Shown here piece by piece: positions 20,597 through 31,654 of a stretch of DNA of 64,000 nt. The notes below the pieces were generated by a model. The model had not been told where the DNA came from. It searched no databases and worked only from the letters and a program-made list of their open reading frames with translations. The position numbers and the translations under genes are program-made. Position 1 is the first letter of the stretch; each line of letters starts with the position of its first letter. This DNA comes from Spirochaetia bacterium (GTDB lineage Bacteria > Spirochaetota > Spirochaetia > UBA9216), in assembly GCA_965140585.1 (NCBI GenBank), contig OZ223267.1, forward strand, positions 256,001-320,000, read 5' to 3'.

Positions 20597-21633
20597 GCGA
20601 TCTGCAGCTTGATATACTTATCAGCCGTTATTCTTTTTTACGGACTGAAGAGAAGCTTCTTGTCCGTGATGTGGCAGGCTCTTCACAGCAGCTGTTGGAA
20701 CTGAATGTCCAGGATATAGCCGGAATAATAGGCCGGAAGCCGCAGATTCGGACCTGGAAAAGGGAAAAAGCGTTAAAAGAGACTGAAAACATACTTAAAC
20801 ATCTTGCCGAGGGGCGTGTTAAATGTTTATTTTTGCATGAAAAGGAATATCCTTTTCTGCTGTCTCAGCTTTATAACCCTCCATATGTACTTTATTACAG
20901 GGGCGCATCGCCCGGAAGTATATGCAAATGCGTAGGAATAGTTGGTACCAGACTACCGTCAGGCGGTGGAATAGATACGGCTTTTACGCTTGGTTTTAAA
21001 CTGGGAATGAAATCAGTTTCTGCTGTTTCAGGGCTTGCTCTGGGAATTGATGCTGCGGCTCATGCTGGAAATATCGCAGCGAAAGTTCCTTCCGTAGCAG
21101 TTCTTGGATGCGGACCGGACAGGATTTATCCGTCATCCAACAGGAAACTTGCCGGCAGGCTGCTTGAAACAGGCGGATGCATATGCAGTGAGTATCCCCC
21201 CGGGACAGAGCCTTTAAAATTTCATTTTCCGGAGAGGAACCGTATTGTGAGTGGACTTTCGGACGGTGTTGTGGTTGTTGAAGCTCCTTCAAAGTCCGGA
21301 GCCCTTATCACAGCCGATTTTGCAATTGAGCAGAACAGGGAACTTTTTATACATTCTTCAGCTTTGAAATTTGGAAGTGAACGAATAATGAATTATGTTT
21401 TTGAAGGGGCCAGTGTTATAAACCATGCCGGAGAGATCGTTGAATCTCTTTATTCGGCGGCTGAACGCTGGGATTTCGGTTCGAAAACCCCTGAATATGC
21501 ATTGAACTCTGTAGGAACAGGTTTAATGCTGGCCGACAGGCTTCGTAATGAACTTGGAGGCAAAGAAATTAGATTTAATGGTAAATATTTCAGGAGAGCG
21601 GGTTATGAAAGTTCATACTCTACTCATAGTTGA
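20593..21633 (+). CDS. dprA: DNA-processing protein DprA (Smf)
   Basis: YP.LL...NPP.VLYYRG, IVGTR, SGLALGID, FPERNRIVSGLS, SGALITA. Confidence 0.95.
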   Translation: MSDLQLDILISRYSFLRTEEKLLVRDVAGSSQQLLELNVQDIAGIIGRKPQIRTWKREKALKETENILKHLAEGRVKCLFLHEKEYPFLLSQLYNPPYVLYYRGASPGSICKCVGIVGTRLPSGGGIDTAFTLGFKLGMKSVSAVSGLALGIDAAAHAGNIAAKVPSVAVLGCGPDRIYPSSNRKLAGRLLETGGCICSEYPPGTEPLKFHFPERNRIVSGLSDGVVVVEAPSKSGALITADFAIEQNRELFIHSSALKFGSERIMNYVFEGASVINHAGEIVESLYSAAERWDFGSKTPEYALNSVGTGLMLADRLRNELGGKEIRFNGKYFRRAGYESSYSTHS

Positions 21634-23698
21634 GTCACCGGCAAAGGCAACAACAATTGAGCGGTATCTCGGGCCGGGTTATACCGTCTCAGCATCAATG
21701 GGACATCTTATTGATCTTCCGAAATCCAGAATTGCGATTGACGAAAAAAATAATTTTGAACCGGAATATATTACGGTTCGCGGAAAGGCAAAGATTCTTA
21801 AAGAGCTTCAGTCCAAGGCTAATAAGGCCGGACATGTTCTTCTTGCATCTGATAATGACCGTGAAGGGGAGGCCATTGCCTACCATCTCAGGAATTCGCT
21901 GGTAAAGAAAAACGATAAGCTCAAGATTGAGCGTATCATCTTCAACGAGATTACCCCCGGAGCAATCAAGGACGCGGTAGCGCATCCTCTTGCGATTGAT
22001 GAAGAGAAGGTTAATGCGCAGAAGGCACGGAGAGTCCTCGACAGGCTTGTCGGATACAACCTTTCACCGCTTCTTTGGTCGAAAGTTAAAAACGGACTTT
22101 CCGCGGGGCGTGTACAGTCTGTTGCGCTTCGTCTCATTTGCGAGCGTGAAAAAGAGGTTGAAAGCTTTATTCCCGAAGAATACTGGACCCTCGACGGTGA
22201 GTTTTCAAAGGGCAAGACTACCTTTCCTGCTCAGCTGGTCTCTTTCAAGGGGGAGAAGCCTGAAATAAAGAGTGAAGAATCTGTAAATGATATTATCAAC
22301 TCACTAAAAGACCTTGATGCTGTTGTAACCGGTGTAAAAGGCACTGAAAAACAGATTAAGCCAAAGGCTCCCTTTACAACATCTACTCTTCAGCAGACTG
22401 CTGCAAACAGGCTCGGCTTTACATCAAGAAAAACGATGCAGATTGCCCAGCAGCTGTATGAAGGTATCAATATTGATTCAAGCCGTGTCGGTCTTATTAC
22501 CTACATGAGAACGGACTCTACACGTATTTCCGATCAGGCGATTGGCGAGGTTCGCGACTGGATTGAAAAAAATCATCCTGCCGAACTCCCTGAACAGCCT
22601 GCATCCTACTCACCCAAGAAAAATGCTCAGGATGCACATGAGGCAATCAGGCCCACTTATATTCAGTACACTCCTGATGATATGAAGCAGCACCTCACCA
22701 GGGATCAGCACAAGCTGTATTCCATTATCTGGGAAAGATTCACATCCTGTCAGATGAAGAACGCAAAGACGCTGACTACATCATATGATATAACAGTTGG
22801 AGATGCGGTTTTCAGAATCAGTTCAACCAAATCGGTTGAGAAGGGCTTTCAGAAAGTTATAAAAACGCTCAAAGCCAAGGAAAAATCGGTAAAAGTCCCC
22901 TCCATGGCTGAAGGTGATGTTCTTAAAACCGAGGACTTTGCAGCGAACCAGCATTTTACAACCGGTCCGGCCAGATTTACCGATGCCAGTATCGTCAAAA
23001 TGCTTGAGGAAAAGGGTATCGGAAGGCCGTCAACCTATGCCCCGATTATTTCTGTTCTGCTGGACCGTTACTATGTCGTAAGGCGGAACAAGCAGCTGAT
23101 GCCTACAACTCTCGGGCGGATCATCTCAGACTTGCTTGTAACTCAGTTTCCCGATGTCGTAAACGTTGATTTTACAGCCGGTATGGAGCAGAACCTTGAC
23201 CGTGTTGAAGAAGACGGTATGGAATGGCATCAGATGATAGCCGGCTTCTACGGCCCCTTCAAGGATCGGGTAGAGCATGTTAATGAAACCCTTGAATCAA
23301 TCAAGGGTGTGCTTGATGAGCCAACCGACGAGGTCTGTGAAAAATGCGGGAACCCGATGGTTAAAAAGCTCGGCCGCTTCGGATTCTTCCTGGCTTGTAC
23401 CGGGTTTCCTGAATGCCGCAATACCAAGGCCGTACCGCTGGCCGACTGTCCTCGTGAAGGCTGTGACGGCAAAATTGTTGCCAGACGAAAGGCCGGCGGC
23501 AAGGGCAAGGAATTCTACGGCTGTACCAATTACCCCGAATGTGATTTTATCAGTCACTTCAAGCCGACCAGTTCCAACTGTCCGAAATGCGGATACTTCC
23601 TGGTTGAAAAGAACGACAAGAAAACGGGTTCGGTAAAAGCCTGTATAAATCCTGAATGTGATTTCCTGCATACTCATGAGGAGGAAAATGAAGGCTGA
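21605..23698 (+). CDS. topA: DNA topoisomerase I
   Basis: IVESPAKA TOPRIM, DxDREGEAI, ITYMRTD, GIGRPST, C-terminal C4 zinc ribbons. Confidence 0.98.
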   Translation: MKVHTLLIVESPAKATTIERYLGPGYTVSASMGHLIDLPKSRIAIDEKNNFEPEYITVRGKAKILKELQSKANKAGHVLLASDNDREGEAIAYHLRNSLVKKNDKLKIERIIFNEITPGAIKDAVAHPLAIDEEKVNAQKARRVLDRLVGYNLSPLLWSKVKNGLSAGRVQSVALRLICEREKEVESFIPEEYWTLDGEFSKGKTTFPAQLVSFKGEKPEIKSEESVNDIINSLKDLDAVVTGVKGTEKQIKPKAPFTTSTLQQTAANRLGFTSRKTMQIAQQLYEGINIDSSRVGLITYMRTDSTRISDQAIGEVRDWIEKNHPAELPEQPASYSPKKNAQDAHEAIRPTYIQYTPDDMKQHLTRDQHKLYSIIWERFTSCQMKNAKTLTTSYDITVGDAVFRISSTKSVEKGFQKVIKTLKAKEKSVKVPSMAEGDVLKTEDFAANQHFTTGPARFTDASIVKMLEEKGIGRPSTYAPIISVLLDRYYVVRRNKQLMPTTLGRIISDLLVTQFPDVVNVDFTAGMEQNLDRVEEDGMEWHQMIAGFYGPFKDRVEHVNETLESIKGVLDEPTDEVCEKCGNPMVKKLGRFGFFLACTGFPECRNTKAVPLADCPREGCDGKIVARRKAGGKGKEFYGCTNYPECDFISHFKPTSSNCPKCGYFLVEKNDKKTGSVKACINPECDFLHTHEEENEG

Positions 23699-24596
23699 GG
23701 AATACCTCAACTATCTTAAAAATCTCAGAAACTATTCTTCCGCTACGGTGAAGGCATATTCGGAAGACCTGCAGAAATTTGAAGCCTATCTGAATGCTGA
23801 AGGTCTTGATTCCGATGAACCGGGAACCACTGCAGCCAGAAGGTTTATTTCAGGCCTGTCTGCCGACGGAATGAGTAAGACCTCGGTAAACCGGATAATG
23901 TCTTCTCTGAAAGGGTACTACCGCTATCTTATAAAGCGGGGCTATACAGATGTGAATCCCTTTGAGAACATCCGCAGTCTGAAGAAGAACAGGACTCTTC
24001 CTGAGTACCTTTTTGAAGCAGAGATTGACAGCCTTCTAAAGCTTCCGGGCAATGATTTTGCCGGGCTTCGCGACCGCTTCATCCTTGAACTTCTATATTC
24101 AACCGGCTGCCGTGTGTCCGAAGTATCAGGCGCAGGGCTTTCGGACCTTGATATTAAATCAAAGACCCTCCGTGTATGCGGAAAGGGTGGAAAGGAAAGA
24201 ATCGTCTACCTCGGAAATGAGGCTATGAAGGCTCTTGCAGGATATCTGCCTTTAAGGAATATACGGGCCGACAAGACGGATCAGGATGCGCTTAATGCCC
24301 TGCTTATTAATGTACGGGGCAGACGGATAACTCAGCGCGGAATAGCGCTCATAATTGAAAAGTATATTAAGGTTTCGGGAATATCAAAGAAAGTAAGCCC
24401 TCATACATTCAGGCACAGCTTTGCCACTCATCTTGTGGATCATGGTGCAGATATCCGAATGGTGCAGGAAATGCTTGGTCATGAGAGTCTTTCAACCACC
24501 CAGATTTATACTCATATGGGGATTGAAAAACTGAGAAATGTTTACAGACAGGCTCATCCTCATGCCGGCAAACAAAATGACGGAGTTTCAAATTGA
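23688..24596 (+). CDS. xerC: tyrosine recombinase XerC
   Basis: [46 protein letters not shown]. Confidence 0.88.
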   Translation: MKAEEYLNYLKNLRNYSSATVKAYSEDLQKFEAYLNAEGLDSDEPGTTAARRFISGLSADGMSKTSVNRIMSSLKGYYRYLIKRGYTDVNPFENIRSLKKNRTLPEYLFEAEIDSLLKLPGNDFAGLRDRFILELLYSTGCRVSEVSGAGLSDLDIKSKTLRVCGKGGKERIVYLGNEAMKALAGYLPLRNIRADKTDQDALNALLINVRGRRITQRGIALIIEKYIKVSGISKKVSPHTFRHSFATHLVDHGADIRMVQEMLGHESLSTTQIYTHMGIEKLRNVYRQAHPHAGKQNDGVSN

Positions 24597-25126
24597 AAAT
24601 TAGATCAACAACAATTATAGCAGTCAAAAAAGACGGAAAAACAGCCATGGCCGGTGACGGACAGGTAACCCTTGGTGAAACAGTGATGAAGGGAAATGCC
24701 CGGAAGGTAAAGACTATTTACGGCGGAAAGATTCTCACCGGATTTGCGGGCGCAACTGCAGATGCCTTTACCCTGTTTGAACGCTTTGAGGGCAAGGTTA
24801 ATGAATATAACGGAGATATTACCCGTGCAGCAGTAGAGCTGGCAAAGCAGTGGCGGACCGACCGGATGCTCAGCAAGCTTGAAGCTATGCTTCTTGTCGC
24901 AGATAAAGAAAAAATTCTCTTAATCTCCGGAACCGGCGATGTTATTGAGCCGGAAGAGGGCGTGCTGGCAATCGGTTCAGGCGGAAACTATGCATACGCA
25001 GGCGCACTGGCGTTTCTTTCAACTGAGAACGAACTGAGCGCAAAGGATATTGCCCTCAAATCACTTGAGATAGCATCCAGAATATGTATTTACACCAACA
25101 GCAGCTTTGTAGTGGAGGAAGTCTGA
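24593..25126 (+). CDS. hslV: ATP-dependent protease subunit HslV (TTG start)
   Basis: STTI catalytic Thr, [25 protein letters not shown]. Confidence 0.97.
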   Translation: MKIRSTTIIAVKKDGKTAMAGDGQVTLGETVMKGNARKVKTIYGGKILTGFAGATADAFTLFERFEGKVNEYNGDITRAAVELAKQWRTDRMLSKLEAMLLVADKEKILLISGTGDVIEPEEGVLAIGSGGNYAYAGALAFLSTENELSAKDIALKSLEIASRICIYTNSSFVVEEV

Positions 25127-26610
25127 TGATTGACGGACTTGAAAAATTGACACCGAAACAAATCGTAGAAGAACTCGATAAGTATATAATTGGCCAGGAT
25201 AAGGCAAAGAAGGCAGTAGCCATAGCTCTCCGTAACAGAATGCGCCGGCAGATGCTGAGTCCTGAACTCAGGGATGAAATTGCTCCCAAGAACATTATAA
25301 TGATAGGACCTACCGGTGTAGGAAAAACCGAGATTGCCAGAAGACTTTCCAAGCTTGTAAAGGCTCCATTTATCAAGGTTGAAGCCACCAAGTATACTGA
25401 GGTCGGTTATGTCGGCCGTGATGTTGAATCGATGGTCCGCGATCTGATGGCAGATGCCGTTTCAATGGTGAAAAAGGAACTTGAAGAAGAAGTCCGGGCC
25501 GAGGCGGAACTTAGAACTGAAGATGCAATTCTTGATCTGCTGCTTCCCGGAGTGAAGAACAAGGCTAAAGGCGAGGGCGGCGCAGGCGCTGTACTGGGCA
25601 GTATTTTCGGAAACAAGGCACCTCAGCAGCCTGTACAGATTACTCCTGATGTTATAAATCTTCCCGGTCCGGGGGAATCGGCAGAGGCTGGGAAAATAGG
25701 TTTTGACACCGAGGATTCATCTGCAAAGTCTGATAAATCCTCAACAAGGGAAAAGTTCAGGCAGATGCTCCGGGACGGAAAACTTGAAAATAAAGAGGTT
25801 GAAGTCCTTGTTAGTGCACCCCCGTCCTCACCGATGGACATGTTTTCAGGAATGAACCTCGAAGATATGGGAATCAACATCGCAGCAATTCCGATGTTCG
25901 GCGGGAAAAAGAAAAAACGCAAGGTTACCGTGGAACGCGCAAGAGAAATCCTGCTGAATGATGAAATCGACAAGCTTATAGATCCTGAACGGGTTAATGA
26001 AATTGCCCGGGAACGGACCCAGCAGATGGGAATAATCTTTATTGACGAGATTGACAAAATTGCAGCCAAAGAAAGTCGCAGCGGCGGTGATGTTTCACGC
26101 GAAGGTGTTCAGCGCGACATCCTGCCGATTGTTGAGGGCTCAAGAGTTAATACAAAATGGGGACAGGTTGATACCTCCCACATACTGTTCATTGCAGCGG
26201 GGGCATTTCATATGAGCAAGCCCTCTGATCTTATTCCGGAACTTCAGGGACGATTTCCGCTCCGTGTGGAACTGGAAGACCTGAACACCGGAGATTTTGA
26301 ACAGATCCTTACCCAGCCGAAGAACGCGCTTATTACCCAGTATGTTGCGCTTCTGGGGACCGAGGATGTTGAACTTGATTTTACCGAAGGTGCAATAAAG
26401 CGGATGTCCGAGATTGCCTATGAGGTCAATTCCAGAACCGAAAATATCGGTGCACGAAGGCTTCACACCATTCTGGAACTTCTGCTTGAGGATCTTTCCT
26501 TCAATGCGCCTGACCTGAAGGGTCAGAAAATTGAAATTACACCCGAATATGTCGATGAAAGACTTCAGAGTGTTAAGGAGGACCAGGACCTTTCAAGATA
26601 TATTCTATAG
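25126..26610 (+). CDS. hslU: ATP-dependent protease ATPase HslU
   Basis: GPTGVGKTE, GYVGRDV, FIDEIDKI, ENIGARRL, DLSRYIL. Confidence 0.98.
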   Translation: MIDGLEKLTPKQIVEELDKYIIGQDKAKKAVAIALRNRMRRQMLSPELRDEIAPKNIIMIGPTGVGKTEIARRLSKLVKAPFIKVEATKYTEVGYVGRDVESMVRDLMADAVSMVKKELEEEVRAEAELRTEDAILDLLLPGVKNKAKGEGGAGAVLGSIFGNKAPQQPVQITPDVINLPGPGESAEAGKIGFDTEDSSAKSDKSSTREKFRQMLRDGKLENKEVEVLVSAPPSSPMDMFSGMNLEDMGINIAAIPMFGGKKKKRKVTVERAREILLNDEIDKLIDPERVNEIARERTQQMGIIFIDEIDKIAAKESRSGGDVSREGVQRDILPIVEGSRVNTKWGQVDTSHILFIAAGAFHMSKPSDLIPELQGRFPLRVELEDLNTGDFEQILTQPKNALITQYVALLGTEDVELDFTEGAIKRMSEIAYEVNSRTENIGARRLHTILELLLEDLSFNAPDLKGQKIEITPEYVDERLQSVKEDQDLSRYIL

Positions 26611-26615
26611 TTTTT

Positions 26616-26643
26616 CTAAGCTCCGGCTGAAAAAAACCGAGAA
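26616..26643 (+). promoter_or_regulatory. putative sigma28 promoter of flgB operon, CTAAG-N15-ACCGAGAA
   Basis: Match to TAAA-N15-GCCGATAA with exact spacing, 32 nt upstream of flgB ATG. Confidence 0.6.
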
Positions 26644-26675
26644 TTTATAAGAATAGGTATTTTGGGAGAGCAAAT

Positions 26676-27092
26676 ATGTTTTTTGATAACAGTTTTGGAA
26701 AAAATCTTGAACTTCTTCACCGCTCTATGGATACAAGTGTGTATCGCAGGGCAGTGATCTCCGATAATATTGCAAACGCAGACACACCAAACTTTAAAAG
26801 AAGCGTTGTTAATTTTGAATCTGAACTGAAAAGAGCTCTTGATTCTGAAAAGAAATCCGGAATGGAGGGTGCACTTACAAACGACAGGCATATTGCTTTC
26901 AATAAACCGATGAACTGGCGTGATGTAAAGCCCCGGAAGGTTCTCGACTACCTGACAAGCTCTGATAACAATGGAAACAATGTTGATATTGAAGAAGAAA
27001 TGATGCTTGCCACTCAGAATCAGCTGGAATATAACCTTATGGTTAATTCACTTTCAAATCAGTTCTACCAGATCACCAAGGTAACAAGTTAG
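26676..27092 (+). CDS. flgB: flagellar basal-body rod protein FlgB
   Basis: NIANADTPNFK, NGNNVDIE. Confidence 0.96.
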   Translation: MFFDNSFGKNLELLHRSMDTSVYRRAVISDNIANADTPNFKRSVVNFESELKRALDSEKKSGMEGALTNDRHIAFNKPMNWRDVKPRKVLDYLTSSDNNGNNVDIEEEMMLATQNQLEYNLMVNSLSNQFYQITKVTS

Positions 27093-27104
27093 GAGGCCGA
27101 GTAA

Positions 27105-27566
27105 ATGGGATTGTTTACAAGTATTAATACAGCAGCATCCGGTCTTTCAGCCCAGAGGATGAGGCTGGATGTAATTTCAGATAATATAGCAAACGCGGAA
27201 ACTACAAGAACACCCGAAGGCGGTGCGTTCAGAAGAAGCAGGGTAATCTTCAAGCCTGAAGTATCCCAGCCGTACTGGAGAAGCCCTTTTCTTCCAGAAA
27301 AACTTGAAAATGGTCTGGGTAAGGGTGTTGAAGTTGTTAAAATCGAAAAGGATACAAGTACCGAGATGCGCTATGTATACGATCCGACTCATCCTGATGC
27401 TCTAAAGACCGGGCCTAAAACAGGGTATGTTGAAATGCCCAATGTTAATATAGTTGATGAAATGGTGGATATGATATCCGCATCAAGATCATATGAAGCC
27501 AATGTTGCCGTTATTGACGGTTCGAAGGCTATGTTTACTAAAGCACTCGAAATAGGCAGGAGGTAA
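27105..27566 (+). CDS. flgC: flagellar basal-body rod protein FlgC
   Basis: NIANAETT, YDPTHPDA, MPNVN, ASRSYEAN. Confidence 0.97.
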   Translation: MGLFTSINTAASGLSAQRMRLDVISDNIANAETTRTPEGGAFRRSRVIFKPEVSQPYWRSPFLPEKLENGLGKGVEVVKIEKDTSTEMRYVYDPTHPDALKTGPKTGYVEMPNVNIVDEMVDMISASRSYEANVAVIDGSKAMFTKALEIGRR

Positions 27567-27569
27567 TAG

Positions 27570-27902
27570 ATGGCAGGATTACTCGGAGCAGCTCAGGTAT
27601 CCGGCGATGTAGTTAATCTTAGGGCTACACATAAAAATCATATAGGCATTCAGGATTCAGCTGAGAAATCTGAAACTTCTGCAGAGGAATTTACCAATGC
27701 ACTTAGAAACGCTCTTGGTGAAACTAATAATCTGCAGAATGCGGTAACCGATATTACTCAGGCTTATCTTACCGATCCGGAGAGTGTTGACGTTCATGAT
27801 GTCACAATTGCCATGAGTAAAGCGAATATGTCGCTGGAAATAACAAAAGCTGTGGTTGACGGCGCGCTGAAAGCGTATAACAATATAATAAATATAAGGT
27901 GA
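27570..27902 (+). CDS. fliE: flagellar hook-basal body protein FliE
   Basis: DVHDVTIAMSKA..L, AYNNI; position after flgC. Confidence 0.92.
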   Translation: MAGLLGAAQVSGDVVNLRATHKNHIGIQDSAEKSETSAEEFTNALRNALGETNNLQNAVTDITQAYLTDPESVDVHDVTIAMSKANMSLEITKAVVDGALKAYNNIINIR

Positions 27903-27962
27903 TGCACTTTCAGGCTTAATAGTCGCTAATTAATCCAGGTTCTTTTTTCAATGGGAGGGGAA

Positions 27963-29672
27963 ATGAACGAATGGTTTAAAAAGTTACTGGCTCAAATCCG
28001 CAAGTACTGGGATAAGTGGTCAGGTATACAAAAAATAATCTTTATCGGAATTTTCGTTGTAATAGTAGCAGGAATAATTCTGGTTGCATCCGTAAGTTCG
28101 ACCCCGAACATGGTTGCCCTTTTTACCAGTCCGGTAGCAGATCAGAACAAATTATATAAAATCTCAATGAGGCTCGACGAGGAAGGCGTGAATCACCGCA
28201 CTGATGAGAGCGGTATGATCTATGTCGATGACAGGGCTACTGCGCAGCGGATGATTTCAGTGCTTATGCGTGAAGATCTGATTCCTGATGAGATATCAGT
28301 CTGGGATGCCTTCAAGATGGACAGGTGGACAGTCACCGATTTTGAACGGGAAGTGAATCTTCAGCGGGCTGTCACCGAGAACCTTCAGCTTCATATTGAA
28401 GCCCTTGAAGATGTCGATTCCGCCCAGGTAACCCTTGTAATGCCTGAAACGGAACTCTTTGCTGAAGATCAGGACCCTGTTACCGCATCTGTAATCATAA
28501 CACCCCGCCCGGGTAGTGATATAATAACCAATAGAAGCAAGATCGAAGGTATCGAGAAGCTAGTGATGTTTGCAGTACAGGGGCTTACAGCTGATAACGT
28601 TGTTATCACAGACTACCGCGGAACTATCCTTAATGATTTTGAAGACCTTGCAGAGTTCGATCGGCTTGAGCTGACAAAAAGACAGATGGATCAGAAGGCA
28701 AAACTCGAAGCCAAATATAAGGCTGAGATCCTCAACGAGCTGCGTGCAATTTTCGGTGATACCCGTGTGAAGATTCTCAGAGTCGACATCGATCTGGATA
28801 TGAGCAAAAAGACTGTTGAAACCGATGAGTTTTTCCCTATTACCCTGAAAGAGGATAACCCGAATACTCCCTTTGATGAAACCGACGTAATAAAGAATGT
28901 TCCCAGATCAGAGCAGATCATTGATGAGAGCTACAGAGGTACCGGTTTCAATCCTGAAGGCCCTCCCGGACAGGAAGGCCAGACTCCTCCCGCATACAAG
29001 GATTTGGAAGGACTTGTAGGTGAATATGAGAATAAATCGAATACTATCAATTATGAAGTAAACGAAAGAAAGATTTACGAGGAAAAGAACCCCTGGGAGA
29101 TTCAGAAGATAACAGTCGGTGTTGCCATCGATGGTATCTGGACCAGGGTTTATACCGACAAGGGAACATTATCAATTACTCCTGAAGGCTCGATTGAAAG
29201 AAACTACAGAGAGGTGGAGCAGTCTGACCTGGATAAGGCGAAAACACTGATAGAACACTCGATCGGCTATGATGCTCTTCGGGGAGACTCTGTGACAGTT
29301 CAGCATCTTGCCTTTGACAGGACTGCACAGTTTGAACAGGAAGACCAGAAGTACAGAAACCAGAAGAGACTGCAACAGGCGATCATTTATTCTATAATTG
29401 GTATAGCCGTAATTATTGCAGCCTTTATAATTTTCAGAATTATATCAAGAGAACTTGAGCGCAGACGACGTCTACGTGAAGAAGAACTTGCCAGACAGCA
29501 CCAGGCAATGAGGGAAGCGGCGCTTAGAAGTGCGGAGGAAGAAAGCCTTGATGTCGAAATGTCTGTTGAGGAGCGGGCCAGAATGGAAATGCAGGAGCAT
29601 GCCATGAACATGGCCCGTGAACATCCGGAAGATGTTGCACAGCTCATCAGAACCTGGCTGGTAGAGGAGTAG
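27963..29672 (+). CDS. fliF: flagellar M-ring protein FliF
   Basis: Two TM segments, P...LF...DPVTASV, RGDSVTV, PEDVAQLIRTWL. Confidence 0.96.
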   Translation: MNEWFKKLLAQIRKYWDKWSGIQKIIFIGIFVVIVAGIILVASVSSTPNMVALFTSPVADQNKLYKISMRLDEEGVNHRTDESGMIYVDDRATAQRMISVLMREDLIPDEISVWDAFKMDRWTVTDFEREVNLQRAVTENLQLHIEALEDVDSAQVTLVMPETELFAEDQDPVTASVIITPRPGSDIITNRSKIEGIEKLVMFAVQGLTADNVVITDYRGTILNDFEDLAEFDRLELTKRQMDQKAKLEAKYKAEILNELRAIFGDTRVKILRVDIDLDMSKKTVETDEFFPITLKEDNPNTPFDETDVIKNVPRSEQIIDESYRGTGFNPEGPPGQEGQTPPAYKDLEGLVGEYENKSNTINYEVNERKIYEEKNPWEIQKITVGVAIDGIWTRVYTDKGTLSITPEGSIERNYREVEQSDLDKAKTLIEHSIGYDALRGDSVTVQHLAFDRTAQFEQEDQKYRNQKRLQQAIIYSIIGIAVIIAAFIIFRIISRELERRRRLREEELARQHQAMREAALRSAEEESLDVEMSVEERARMEMQEHAMNMAREHPEDVAQLIRTWLVEE

Positions 29673-29676
29673 GGAT

Positions 29677-30732
29677 ATGGCTAAATCAGGAGCAGGCGGC
29701 GGAGGTGCCGCAGCAGGAAAACCAAAGGTAAAGAAAGATCTAACCGGAAGGCAGAAAGCGGCCATCTTCCTGGTAACTCTAGGCTCAGAGATATCTGCGG
29801 AGATATTCAAGCATCTGCGTGATGATGAAATTGAGGCTCTTACTTTTGAAATAGCACGACTCGACAGTGTTGAACCTGAAGAGCGCGACCGGGTTCTTAT
29901 GGAGTTCAAGGAACTGATGATGGCTCAGGACTTTATCACCTCAGGTGGTATTGAATACGCCAGAGAGCTTCTTGAGAAATCACTTGGTTCACAGAAGGCT
30001 GTTGATATTATTAACAGGCTCACAAGCTCACTGCAGGTACGTCCCTTTGATTTTATCCGGCGTACAGACCCTGCACATCTGCTTAACTTCATTCAGCAGG
30101 AGCATCCGCAGACAATAGCACTTATTCTGGCATACCTTGAGCCTCAGAAGGCCTCGGTAATACTCGGCGCGCTGCCTCACGAGGTTCAGTCCGATGTCGC
30201 AAGGCGAATCGCTACAATGGACCGTACTTCACCGGAAGTTCTGCGTGAGGTTGAAAGGGTTCTTGAGAAGAAACTGTCGACTCTGTCTTCCGAAGACTAT
30301 ACTGCAGCGGGCGGTGTCGAGAACATAGTCGAGATACTGAACCTTGTTGACAGATCTACCGAAAAGATAATTATAGAAGCGCTTGAAGAAGACGATCCGG
30401 AACTTGCCGAAGAAATCAAGAAGAGGATGTTTGTATTCGAAGATATCGTTCTGCTTGACGACAGAGCTATTCAGAAGGTGCTTCGTGAAGTTGATACAAG
30501 CGAGCTCGGCAAAGCCCTTAGAGGGGTTGAGGCTGAAGTACAGGACAAGATTTTCAGAAACATGTCAAAGCGTGCTTCACAGCTTCTGAAAGAAGAAATG
30601 GAGTATATGGGTCCGATAAGGCTGAAAGACGTTGAAGAGACCCAGCAGAAGATTGTATCGATTATCAGAAAGCTTGAGGATCAGGGTGAAATTGTTGTTG
30701 CAAGGTCCGGCGAAGATGAAATGGTCGTCTAA
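29677..30732 (+). CDS. fliG: flagellar motor switch protein FliG
   Basis: QKAAIFL, EHPQTIALIL, MFVFED, NMSKRA. Confidence 0.98.
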   Translation: MAKSGAGGGGAAAGKPKVKKDLTGRQKAAIFLVTLGSEISAEIFKHLRDDEIEALTFEIARLDSVEPEERDRVLMEFKELMMAQDFITSGGIEYARELLEKSLGSQKAVDIINRLTSSLQVRPFDFIRRTDPAHLLNFIQQEHPQTIALILAYLEPQKASVILGALPHEVQSDVARRIATMDRTSPEVLREVERVLEKKLSTLSSEDYTAAGGVENIVEILNLVDRSTEKIIIEALEEDDPELAEEIKKRMFVFEDIVLLDDRAIQKVLREVDTSELGKALRGVEAEVQDKIFRNMSKRASQLLKEEMEYMGPIRLKDVEETQQKIVSIIRKLEDQGEIVVARSGEDEMVV

Positions 30733-30745
30733 CGGAGGTTTTTAA

Positions 30746-31654
30746 TTGGCTAAGAATGTTTTCAGGCCGCAGGAAATCGTTGCGCTCACGCAGCAGGTTA
30801 AACTCAATTCTCCCTTTGAGAAGGAGCCGGAACCTGAGATAATTATACCTGCAGAAGAATATAAGGGCCCTACAGCTGATGATCTCAGACGTGAAGCGGA
30901 AATGTTCAAGGCTAACTGGGAAGCTGAAAAAGAGCTGATGATCTCCCAGGCCCGGGCAGAGGCGGACCGTATCATCAAGGAAGCTGAACAGGCAGCCTTT
31001 GACGTAGTGAAGGAAAAAAATGACGAGGCCCAGCGGCTCCGTCAGACAGCCGAGGATGAAGCCGAAGATCTTGTGCGCAACGCAGAGAAGCAGTCCGCAG
31101 CAATGATTGAGGATGCCGAGAAGAGGGTTGAGGAAGTTACCGGTGCCGCCCAGAAGGAAGGTTTCGCTGCCGGCCGCGAGGAAGGCTTTGAGACAGGAAA
31201 GGCTGAAGTCGACCGGCTTATTCAGCACCTGCATACGATAATTTCCGCCGCAATTGAAAAGCGTAATCACATTATCGATCAGTCTGAAACCCAGATTATT
31301 GATCTTGTTCTGGTAATAAGCCAGAAGGTAATAAAAGTAATTTCAGAAAACCAGAAGAATGTAGTTATTAACAATGTTATTCAGGCTCTGCGCAAGCTTA
31401 AGAGCCGCGGTGATGTAGTCATAAGGGTTAATCTGGATGATGTTAAACTCACTAGCGATCATGTTAAGGACTTCATGCGCATGGTTGAAAATGTCCGCTC
31501 TATTACCGTAATGGAGGATTCCTCTGTTGATCGGGGAGGCTGTGTTATCGAAACCGACTTTGGCCAGATTGATGCCAGAATCTCTTCGCAGTTCAAGGAA
31601 ATCGAGGAGAAGATTCTCGAACTCGTGCCGATAAAAGCCGGTGGGGAAGAATAA
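30746..31654 (+). CDS. fliH: flagellar assembly protein FliH (TTG start)
   Basis: GxxxG repeats (GFAAGREEGFETG), GGCVIETDFGQIDARI. Confidence 0.95.
   Translation: MAKNVFRPQEIVALTQQVKLNSPFEKEPEPEIIIPAEEYKGPTADDLRREAEMFKANWEAEKELMISQARAEADRIIKEAEQAAFDVVKEKNDEAQRLRQTAEDEAEDLVRNAEKQSAAMIEDAEKRVEEVTGAAQKEGFAAGREEGFETGKAEVDRLIQHLHTIISAAIEKRNHIIDQSETQIIDLVLVISQKVIKVISENQKNVVINNVIQALRKLKSRGDVVIRVNLDDVKLTSDHVKDFMRMVENVRSITVMEDSSVDRGGCVIETDFGQIDARISSQFKEIEEKILELVPIKAGGEE

Noticed and set aside
18960-24596. Two tyrosine recombinases flanking dprA-topA as a possible integrative element
   Set aside because: Both look like housekeeping XerD/XerC in their usual spirochaete context; no att repeats, cargo or phage genes seen
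25555-25745. Low-complexity insertion in the HslU I-domain
   Set aside because: This region is known to be length-variable; no intein or mobile-element hallmarks
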